Source: Acaryochloris marina MBIC11017 | GTDB taxonomy: Bacteria; Cyanobacteriota; Cyanobacteriia; Thermosynechococcales; Thermosynechococcaceae | NCBI RefSeq assembly: GCF_000018105.1 | Contig: NC_009925.1 | Location: 1,830,001-1,862,000, forward strand | Direction: 5' to 3' | DNA length: 32,000 nucleotides | In this document: positions 25,287 to 32,000 of the stretch, one piece after another | How positions within the stretch are numbered: position 1 is the stretch's first letter | Layout of the letters: each line of letters starts with the position of its first letter | Program-made: the position numbers and the translations under genes | The notes under the pieces: generated by a model | What the model was told of the DNA's origin: nothing | Seen by the model: only the letters and a program-made list of their open reading frames with translations | Databases searched by the model: none

Positions 25287-28200
25287 ATGGATGTATCCTC
25301 CTCAAAATTAAATGCTGACTGTTCCTACCCGGACGTACCATCTAAATTGACTCAGCAATCTCTTCTCAATCGCATTACGACTCGCATCCGTCAGTCGTTG
25401 GAACTGAATGAGATCTTGTCAGCAACAGTGGCTGAAGTCAGAGCATTCTTAGGAACCGATCGCGTCAAAGTCTATAAATTTTTCCCGGATGGCCATGGTC
25501 TGGTGATTGCCGAATCCATTCGCGAAGACCATTTACCCTCGTTATTAGGACTGAATTTTCCGGCAGATGATATTCCCCTGCCGGCGCGTGAGCTTTACTT
25601 AAAGGCCCGACAACGCTCTGTGGTGGATCTCTCCACCCAACAAATCGGTTTTAGCCCACTCAATTGCACAGAAACAGGCTCAGAATTAGAGAGTCGAGAT
25701 ATTCGTTTTCGGCCCATCGATCCCTGCCATGTCGAATATTTGAAAGCAATGGGCGTACAATCCTCGGTGGTCGTCCCCATCGTGATTGAGCAGTCCAGCT
25801 TAGAGCAGATCCAGAGTGAGTCAGAGGTCGTCTCAGGATTAAACCAAGGACAACGTCTTTGGGGACTCCTGGTTTCCCACCATGCGCAACCCCGTCAAGT
25901 TGAGGAATCAGAACTGGAGCTGATTCAGGCCGTAGTGGATCAGATGGCCGTAGCTATTGGCCAAGCGACTCTTCTGGATCGGGTGCGAGAGCAGGCTGTC
26001 CTAGAAGCAGGGGTGAATCATGTGACGGCCTTGTTATATACCAAACCCACCGTTCAGCTAGAGGTTGCCTTGGCAGAGATGGTGGCGGTGATGCAGGGCA
26101 CTGGCGGACGACTATATCTCAGTCATACAACCTCTGAGCAATCCGCAGAACTTTATTGTTGTGGCGATCAACCCAGCACATTAGATCATGACAGGTTAAT
26201 TGAAGAGAATGCCCTATGGCAAAATTACCTGAATTCAACACAGTCTGTCGACACCCCTGACACGGAAAGTCGCCCTTGGTCAGTGGACTGGATGCGCAAA
26301 AACTATGCCCTCTCGCCCCAGGCTCGTTCTTCAGCCCGCAGCAAGACGGTATGGGCGATTGCGGATATTTACCGAGAGCCATTATTTCGAGTTTTAAGTC
26401 CCGCCTTTCAATCCACGCCCATTCGGGGTGTGATGATTCTACCCCTGTATTTCGATAAGGAATTACTGGGGTGCATTACTATTTTCCGCAATGAGGTGGA
26501 AGAAGAACTCTGTTGGGCAGGGTTCCATCACCCCGATAGCCGTCAATTGGCTCCTCGTCAGTCTTTTGAAGCTTGGAGACAAATCAAAGCAGGGCAATCT
26601 CAGCCCTGGACTGACGCCGAAGTTCGATTAGCTGAAGCCCTGGGAGAACGGTTTTCCGCCGCAATTAACCAATACCAGCTTTACCAACAGGTCCAGACCC
26701 TCAATACCCACTTAGAAGAGCAAATTAAAGAGCGGACCGCCGAACTTCATCGGTCGACGGCGATTGCCAATCAACAGCGCGCTTTAACCAATATCTTATC
26801 TAAGCTACAAAAGGCGCTGGATCTCGATACAATTTTCCAAACGACTACTCAAGAAGCCCAGCGCTTGTTAGATGTTGATCATGTGGCCGTTTATCAGTTT
26901 GACGAAAACTGGGGCGGTTCATTTATTAATAATTTTCGGGCCGTTAAACCTGAATGGGAAGAAGTCGTCTATTCCACCCGTGACGTCTGGAATGACTCTC
27001 ATCTACAAGAGACGAAGGGAGGACGATATCGCCACAACCATGTATCGGTGGTCAATGACGTCTCCAAAGCTGGACTTTCCCCCTGTCATTTGGAAACCTA
27101 TCACTACTACCAGATTAAGGCCTTTTTAATTGCCCCTGTTTTTGTCGGTAGCCGCTTGTGGGGGCTGATTGGGGCCTATCAGCACTCCAATCCTTATGAG
27201 TGGAAACCATTGGAGGTTGATTTTATTACCCAGCTGGCCACGCACTTGGGGGTTGCTGTCCAACAAGCGGGCGCCACGGAAAAGGTCCAGAATCAGGCGC
27301 AACAGCTCGCCGTTATTGCGGAACAGCAGCATACTCTAACGAATGTGATCTCCAAGATTCGAGAGTCCTTGGATTTGGAAACTATTTTCAAGACCACGAC
27401 CCGTGAGGTCCGTAGGCTCCTGCAAGTAGATCGGGTGGTGGTTTTTCAGTTTTTACCGGATGTCCAATATAGCCAAGGAGAGGTGATTGCCGAAGATGTT
27501 CATCCCGATTACCGATCTATCTTGGGGTATGACGTCAAAGGCGACTGTTTCCAAGATCGCTATACGGCTAGTCCTGGCACTCACCAAGTTTTTGCAATTG
27601 ATGATCTCAACACCTGTAATTTAGATCCTTGTTATGTGGAGATGATGCAAGGATTGCAAGTTCAGGCCCATTTAGTCGTCCCTCTTTTTCGGAGCAATAT
27701 CCTGTGGGGGCTATTGGCGATTCATCAATGCTCAGCTCCCCGGCCATGGCAAGTCAAAGAGCGGGAATTTGCGATTCAAATTAGTACCCAACTAGGCGTC
27801 GCGCTCCAGCAAGCCGAGTTCCTTAACCAAGCCCAACAATCTAAGGAGGCGGCTGACGCGGCTAGCCAAGCCAAAAGTGACTTTTTAGCGCATATGAGTC
27901 ACGAATTGCGAACCCCCCTAAATGCAATCTTGGGATATGTGGAGATCATGCAGCGAGATCCCCAATTAGGGGAGACTCAAACTGAACATCTTGGCATTAT
28001 TGGCCGGAGTGGAGAGCATTTGTTGTCTTTGATCAACGATGTCTTAGAAATGTCCCGGATTGAAGCGGGACAGTTGGCGCTTACCCAAGTCAGCTTTGAT
28101 CTATATCGGTTATTAGATTCTCTCCAAGATATGCTGGAGGCCAAAGCTAAACTACAAGGATTACAGCTCTATTTTGAGCGTTCGGCAACCGTCCCCCAAT

Positions 28201-29831
28201 TTGTGTTTGCCGATGAAGGGAAACTCCGCCAGGTCCTGATCAATTTACTTGGGAATGGTCTTAACTATACGGAGAAAGGCCAGGTCTTGCTTCAGGTGGA
28301 TACCCCAGAACAGAGCGGTCAACCCGGTAGGGCCTGTCAACTGACCTTTGCGGTCATGGATACAGGTCCTGGCATTAAAGCCTCTGACGTTGACCAGCTT
28401 TTTGAGGCCTTTACTCAGACGGATTCAGGCTATCGTGCTCAAGAAGGGACGGGACTCGGCTTGCCGATTAGCCGCCGCTTTGTGCAACTGATGGGGGGCG
28501 ATATCGAGGTGGATAGTACCGTCGGGCAGGGCTCCACCTTCCGGTTCACGATTCCCGTCACTCTCGCCGATGCGGCAGAAGTTCATACCGTGAAGCCCAC
28601 ACGGCAGGTGGTGTCCTTAGCTCCAGGGCAACCCACCTATCGACTGCTGCTGGTGGAAGATAAATGGGCCAACCGACAGCTGATGCAGCAATGGTTAGCT
28701 CCTTTTGGATTTGATATTCGAGAAGCGGTGAACGGAGAAGAGGCCCTGGCGGTTTGGCAGGAATGGGCTCCCCATTTGATCTGGATGGATATGCGCATGC
28801 CAGTGATGGATGGTTACAAAGCCACTCGAGAAATTAAAGCCCAATGTGGAGACAATCCACCCGTGATTATTGCCCTAACGGCGAATGCGTTTGAAGAAGA
28901 TCGACTCTATGCCCTCTCGGTCGGGTGTGACGATTTTGTCCGTAAGCCTTGCCAAGAAAGTACCATCCTAGACAAGTTAGCAGAACATCTTGGGGTCCAA
29001 TATATTTACTCGGAGCCTGAGCCATCTGAGTCAAACTCGTTGGAGGAGGTGGCGTCTATCCAGCCTGAAGATCTCAGAATATTAGTGGCGGATGACAATA
29101 CGCTCAATCAGCAATTAATGGTACAGCGGCTGGTGCATCTGGGTTATTCGGCTGATGTCGTCAGTGATGGTCAGCAAGTGGTGGCAGCTTGCCAAACCCA
29201 GATGTATGACCTCATTCTCTTGGATGTACAAATGCCCAAGATGAATGGCTTAGAGGTGGTTCAAACCCTGCGGCAACAAGAGATGTGTCCTTATGTTATT
29301 GGGGTGTCGGGACGGACCTTACCTGAAGAGAAACAAGAATGTTTAGATGCAGGGATGCAGGACTATCTGTGCAAGCCCGTATCTCTTGAAGACCTCAAAG
29401 TCGCCCTTAGCCAATATCATCCCCCTTCAGACCTTGCCTTACCCCAGGCGATGAAACCCGCTCTGATAGAGGAATCCGCTATCCAGGCGCTGATAGAAAT
29501 TGGTGGAGATGATGGTGGTAGCTTTCTCGTTTCTGTGATTGATAACTTCCTCCGGGATGCAGAACCGATGTTGGCGGGATTGAAGGATGCGATCTCAACA
29601 ACAAACTACGTCCAAATCAATGAAATTGCCCATTCTCTAAAATCCATGAGCGCTTCGATGGGAGCGACTCAACTGGCGCATCAACTGAAAGAATTAGAGC
29701 ATATGAGCAAGCTCGAAAATCTAGCAATCTCTTCCACCTGGATGAATAAGCTGGAACAAGAGTTTGAAGCGGTCAGATTGGCCCTGACCTTGGAAAAGCA
29801 AAACTACCAGACTTCAGCCGTCTCCAGCTAA
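25287..29831 (+). CDS. Hybrid sensor histidine kinase: knotless-phytochrome GAF-PHY, two CBCR-like GAF domains, HisKA/HATPase, two receiver domains and an HPt domain
   Basis: 1514-aa ORF.
- GAF1 (about aa 28-228): FPADDIPLPARELY and DPCHVEYLKAMGV...LWGLLVSHH; Cys147 is at nt 25725-25727.
- PHY-like region (about aa 240-465): tongue motifs WAG and PRQSF at nt 26514-26567.
- GAF3 (about aa 500-660): WNDSHLQETKGGRY and SPCH; Cys600 is at 27084-27086.
- GAF4 (about aa 690-840): GDCF (Cys754, 27546-27548), DPCY (Cys782, 27630-27632) and LWGLLAIHQC.
- H-box SHELRTPLN (His872, 27900-27902), with N and G boxes.
- Receiver Asp1168 and Asp1313.
- HPt HSLKS (His1449). Confidence 0.9.
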   Translation: MDVSSSKLNADCSYPDVPSKLTQQSLLNRITTRIRQSLELNEILSATVAEVRAFLGTDRVKVYKFFPDGHGLVIAESIREDHLPSLLGLNFPADDIPLPARELYLKARQRSVVDLSTQQIGFSPLNCTETGSELESRDIRFRPIDPCHVEYLKAMGVQSSVVVPIVIEQSSLEQIQSESEVVSGLNQGQRLWGLLVSHHAQPRQVEESELELIQAVVDQMAVAIGQATLLDRVREQAVLEAGVNHVTALLYTKPTVQLEVALAEMVAVMQGTGGRLYLSHTTSEQSAELYCCGDQPSTLDHDRLIEENALWQNYLNSTQSVDTPDTESRPWSVDWMRKNYALSPQARSSARSKTVWAIADIYREPLFRVLSPAFQSTPIRGVMILPLYFDKELLGCITIFRNEVEEELCWAGFHHPDSRQLAPRQSFEAWRQIKAGQSQPWTDAEVRLAEALGERFSAAINQYQLYQQVQTLNTHLEEQIKERTAELHRSTAIANQQRALTNILSKLQKALDLDTIFQTTTQEAQRLLDVDHVAVYQFDENWGGSFINNFRAVKPEWEEVVYSTRDVWNDSHLQETKGGRYRHNHVSVVNDVSKAGLSPCHLETYHYYQIKAFLIAPVFVGSRLWGLIGAYQHSNPYEWKPLEVDFITQLATHLGVAVQQAGATEKVQNQAQQLAVIAEQQHTLTNVISKIRESLDLETIFKTTTREVRRLLQVDRVVVFQFLPDVQYSQGEVIAEDVHPDYRSILGYDVKGDCFQDRYTASPGTHQVFAIDDLNTCNLDPCYVEMMQGLQVQAHLVVPLFRSNILWGLLAIHQCSAPRPWQVKEREFAIQISTQLGVALQQAEFLNQAQQSKEAADAASQAKSDFLAHMSHELRTPLNAILGYVEIMQRDPQLGETQTEHLGIIGRSGEHLLSLINDVLEMSRIEAGQLALTQVSFDLYRLLDSLQDMLEAKAKLQGLQLYFERSATVPQFVFADEGKLRQVLINLLGNGLNYTEKGQVLLQVDTPEQSGQPGRACQLTFAVMDTGPGIKASDVDQLFEAFTQTDSGYRAQEGTGLGLPISRRFVQLMGGDIEVDSTVGQGSTFRFTIPVTLADAAEVHTVKPTRQVVSLAPGQPTYRLLLVEDKWANRQLMQQWLAPFGFDIREAVNGEEALAVWQEWAPHLIWMDMRMPVMDGYKATREIKAQCGDNPPVIIALTANAFEEDRLYALSVGCDDFVRKPCQESTILDKLAEHLGVQYIYSEPEPSESNSLEEVASIQPEDLRILVADDNTLNQQLMVQRLVHLGYSADVVSDGQQVVAACQTQMYDLILLDVQMPKMNGLEVVQTLRQQEMCPYVIGVSGRTLPEEKQECLDAGMQDYLCKPVSLEDLKVALSQYHPPSDLALPQAMKPALIEESAIQALIEIGGDDGGSFLVSVIDNFLRDAEPMLAGLKDAISTTNYVQINEIAHSLKSMSASMGATQLAHQLKELEHMSKLENLAISSTWMNKLEQEFEAVRLALTLEKQNYQTSAVSS

Positions 29832-29882
29832 ATCGCTGCGGTTTACCGCTGTCTTTGCATCGTCAAGGGTTGGTATTGATGC

Positions 29883-30506
29883 CTATGCCTGGGGCGAATC
29901 AGGGCTGATGAATAAACCATCATGTAGCAACTGTGCGATCGCATCAAGATGCACCTCTATAGCGCCAGGCGTCTGCGTCACGTAAGGCATTTGCTCGTCC
30001 ATTAGCAAAACCGCTAGCCCATGGATAGAGGCCCAAATCAGTCGAACCGCCTGCTCTACGTCATCTCCTTTTAAGGTCTGACGTGCTTGAGCAATCTGGA
30101 CAATTTGATATAGAGGACCTGCCGCTTGCTTGGAAATAGCGTGGAGATCGGGATCAGTCACCCGTTCTTTCAAGCTAAACATCATCCGGGCAAGCTCCGT
30201 ATACTCTAGCGAGAATTCTAGATAGGCCTTTGCCAATCCTCTGATGCTAGTTAGGGTCTCCTCTTGTTCAGGCTGAGTGGTGGCTTGTAATCGCTGAACC
30301 AGCCTTTCAAATCCCCAATGGACCAAGCTAAAACTTAAGGCTTGTTTACCCGCAAAGTGGCGATAAACGGCAGGTTGGCTAACGCCACATTGGCGAGCTA
30401 GCTTGCTCAAATTTAAGGCTGATGCGCCCTCGGATTGAATTTGTGCAAGGGCGGCCTCAATCAATGCTTCTCTTAAATGGCCGTGATGATACGGTTCATT
30501 GCTCAC
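29883..30506 (-). CDS. TetR/AcrR family transcriptional regulator
   Basis: 207-aa ORF with a GTG start. The N-terminal HTH (LNLSKLARQCGVSQPAVYRHFAGKQAL) is typical of TetR_N. Confidence 0.9.
   Translation of the reverse strand: MSNEPYHHGHLREALIEAALAQIQSEGASALNLSKLARQCGVSQPAVYRHFAGKQALSFSLVHWGFERLVQRLQATTQPEQEETLTSIRGLAKAYLEFSLEYTELARMMFSLKERVTDPDLHAISKQAAGPLYQIVQIAQARQTLKGDDVEQAVRLIWASIHGLAVLLMDEQMPYVTQTPGAIEVHLDAIAQLLHDGLFISPDSPQA
29935..29942. repeat. HIP1 palindrome GCGATCGC
   Basis: Exact octamer read in the sequence. Confidence 0.9.
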
Positions 30507-30543
30507 TAGTTACGGTCGTTGGTTTCTAGCACCAGTGCACTGC

Positions 30544-30576
30544 GTTATACTTTATAACATTGTTATAGATTATAAC
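30544..30576. promoter_or_regulatory. Candidate TetR operator: four alternating GTTATA / TATAAC hexamers at 9-bp spacing
   Basis: The hexamers are GTTATA (30544-30549), TATAAC (30553-30558), GTTATA (30562-30567) and TATAAC (30571-30576), each separated by 3 nt. This gives two 15-bp palindromes GTTATAnnnTATAAC 18 bp apart. TTATAACATTG is also directly repeated (30552-30562 and 30570-30580). The array lies in the 116-bp divergent spacer between the TetR gene and the DUF4345 gene. Confidence 0.5.
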
Positions 30577-30622
30577 ATTGAGATTGAGTCCACTCTAATC
30601 ACTGCACTATTCGGAGGCTTGG

Positions 30623-31012
30623 ATGAAACGCGGATTACAAATCATTTTAGGGATATTAAGCTTAATTCCCTTTATGGTGGCGATACTTGGCCTGACGTCT
30701 GGTTTAGGGAGATGGCTACCAGCAGAAGCGATTACGCCAGAGTTTGATAGCCACTATCGCTATATCACCGGTTTTTATATTTCTCTAGGGGTAATCGCTT
30801 GGTGGATTATTCCCAATATCGAAAAACATAAGACGGCATTGCGGATTGTGGCGGGTGCAATTTTCGCGGGTGGCGTGGGGCGTGTCATTTCCTTCTGGCA
30901 AGTCGGAGCACCGGGTCCACTAACGTTGGTCTTTACAGGTATCGAGTTATGTTTTCCTTTGCTGCTGATCTGGCAGGCTAAACTTCCTCGCCGCCAGTCT
31001 AAGACAGGATAA
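30623..31012 (+). CDS. DUF4345-like small membrane protein
   Basis: 129-aa ORF with four predicted TM helices. GGAGG lies 5 nt upstream of the ATG. The family name is from memory of similar sequences. Confidence 0.7.
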   Translation: MKRGLQIILGILSLIPFMVAILGLTSGLGRWLPAEAITPEFDSHYRYITGFYISLGVIAWWIIPNIEKHKTALRIVAGAIFAGGVGRVISFWQVGAPGPLTLVFTGIELCFPLLLIWQAKLPRRQSKTG

Positions 31013-31020
31013 CTAAGAAC

Positions 31021-31587
31021 TTAAGCCGCCTTGAGTAACGTTCTGGCCTGGGTTTCTGTTTGAATAGCGGCGAGGGTACGCTTCAAGGTCTCGCGAAACA
31101 AGAGATGGAAGCTGCCCTCCAGAAAACCTAGATCTGCATCCGCAGAAACGACCTGTTTGACCAATACCTGGGATGTAGCGAGCGGTAAAACTTGCCAATA
31201 GCCCTGTAAATAATTGAGATCGCCTTTCAGCAGGTGAAAGCTCAATTTGCCAGGGGCCATCACCCTATTTTCTGTGCGTACCTTAGATTGCACCTGAGCA
31301 AATAAGATCTGGGAAACATTGGTTTGCTCCACCACGGTTCGTTGAGCGGATGCCTCCAATATCTGGGTTGCGACAACATTGGGAAGAAACTGGGCTAAAT
31401 GCTCAAAATCTGTCAATACTTGCCAAGCGGTTTCAGGCTCACTCTCCATTACAACTTGGGCTACATACTGACCTGCATGACCGGAGACAATGGCTTCTCC
31501 ACACCGTAATGCTTGCTGTTGTAGATCGGACAGCCCTGTTGTCAAAGCATCTAAGGGCTGGCGTGAAGGAAAAGAGGTCTGCATCAT
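31021..31587 (-). CDS. SRPBCC family protein (polyketide cyclase/dehydrase-like, START fold)
   Basis: 188-aa ORF. The motif AWQVLTDFEHLAQFLPNV and the overall length and pattern fit the cyclase/dehydrase family. Confidence 0.7.
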   Translation of the reverse strand: MMQTSFPSRQPLDALTTGLSDLQQQALRCGEAIVSGHAGQYVAQVVMESEPETAWQVLTDFEHLAQFLPNVVATQILEASAQRTVVEQTNVSQILFAQVQSKVRTENRVMAPGKLSFHLLKGDLNYLQGYWQVLPLATSQVLVKQVVSADADLGFLEGSFHLLFRETLKRTLAAIQTETQARTLLKAA

Positions 31588-31770
31588 TCAGGGAGTGAAA
31601 CTATCTGTGAGGCTTAGGCAAAGCATTCTTTACAAAGCATAAAGAAAGTTTGTCTTTGTTGCATAGATTTAGCTCACCGTCAGTATGCCCATCTGCTATC
31701 CGTATTAGCAGCAATCGCCTGCTGATATGCAAACCCGGCTCAAGAAAATTGAAGTATTAAAGCCACATGA

Positions 31771-32000
31771 TCAAGTAAGCACGGCTTCCGGGTGTTCAAT
31801 CTGAGTGCCTAAAACCTGTAAAAACGCAGATAGCCATTTGGGATGAGCAGGCCAAGCCGGTGCGGTGACCAAATTGCCATCAATTAAGGCATCATCCACA
31901 GCCAGATCTACATATTCCCCACCCGCAGCAGCAACTTCTGGGCCACAGGCTGGGTAGGCTGAACAGCGCTTTCCCGCCAAAACACCTGCAGCAGATAGCA
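31771..32000 (-). CDS. DJ-1/PfpI family protein (partial; N-terminus beyond the right window edge)
   Basis: The reading frame stays open upstream of the track Met (a TTG/Leu at 31978-31980) to the window end. The C-terminal sequence [18 protein letters not shown]...[25 protein letters not shown] is typical of the DJ-1/PfpI C-terminal half. Confidence 0.7.
   Translation of the reverse strand, partial: LSAAGVLAGKRCSAYPACGPEVAAAGGEYVDLAVDDALIDGNLVTAPAWPAHPKWLSAFLQVLGTQIEHPEAVLT

Noticed and set aside
27537-27551. A DXCF second-Cys motif in GAF4 of the kinase.
   Set aside because: The sequence is K-G-D-C-F, so Asp is at position -1 rather than -2 relative to Cys. It is only DXCF-like, and I do not assign a two-Cys photocycle.
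29838-29849. The hairpin GCGG-TTTA-CCGC after the kinase stop, as a possible terminator.
   Set aside because: The stem is only 4 bp and there is no proper T-run. It is too weak to report as a feature.
30499-30747. An 82-aa + strand ORF overlapping the TetR start, the operator and the DUF4345 start.
   Set aside because: It crosses the divergent promoter and is out of frame with the well-supported DUF4345 gene, which has a GGAGG ribosome-binding site. It is spurious.
1-32000. A search for a defence island, prophage, transposon, CRISPR array, tRNA or rRNA.
   Set aside because: I found no integrase, transposase or Cas motifs, no terminal inverted repeats, no repeat-spacer arrays and no tRNA-like cloverleaf segments in the intergenic regions. 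HIP1 copies are spread across the window, arguing for native chromosomal DNA.

Overview
This is a cyanobacterial chromosomal segment. The lineage markers are eight copies of the HIP1 palindrome GCGATCGC found by eye, a Yfr1-type sRNA, cyanoexosortase A with an HpsJ-like neighbour, a pentapeptide-repeat protein and a phytochrome/cyanobacteriochrome kinase. I can support 31 protein-coding genes (two cut by the window edges), one sRNA, one strong intrinsic terminator and a few candidate regulatory sites. I saw no rRNA, tRNA, CRISPR array, transposase, integrase or phage genes. The content is mostly housekeeping and signalling: cobI, yebC, ftsEX, trxA, a guaB3-type gene, and the succinate-semialdehyde dehydrogenase / 2-oxoglutarate decarboxylase TCA-bypass pair. 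No recognisable defence or mobile system is present. The items most worth a second look are:
- A co-oriented gene set at 13.5-16.2 kb: a structured leader with a 13-bp inverted repeat, an FAD oxidoreductase, a membrane-anchored unknown protein, and a YidD-like protein with a Cys/Asp-rich tail.
- A 1514-aa single-polypeptide phosphorelay with a knotless phytochrome GAF-PHY module plus two CBCR-like GAF domains.
- A stand-alone MshEN-motif protein that is a candidate c-di-GMP receptor.
- A tandem NKFDE-GAF diguanylate cyclase.
- A co-oriented Ser/Thr kinase / cyanoexosortase A / HpsJ-like set.
- A 9-bp-periodic four-hexamer operator array in the TetR divergent promoter.

All family assignments come from reading motifs in the supplied or self-made translations. 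No database search was run.
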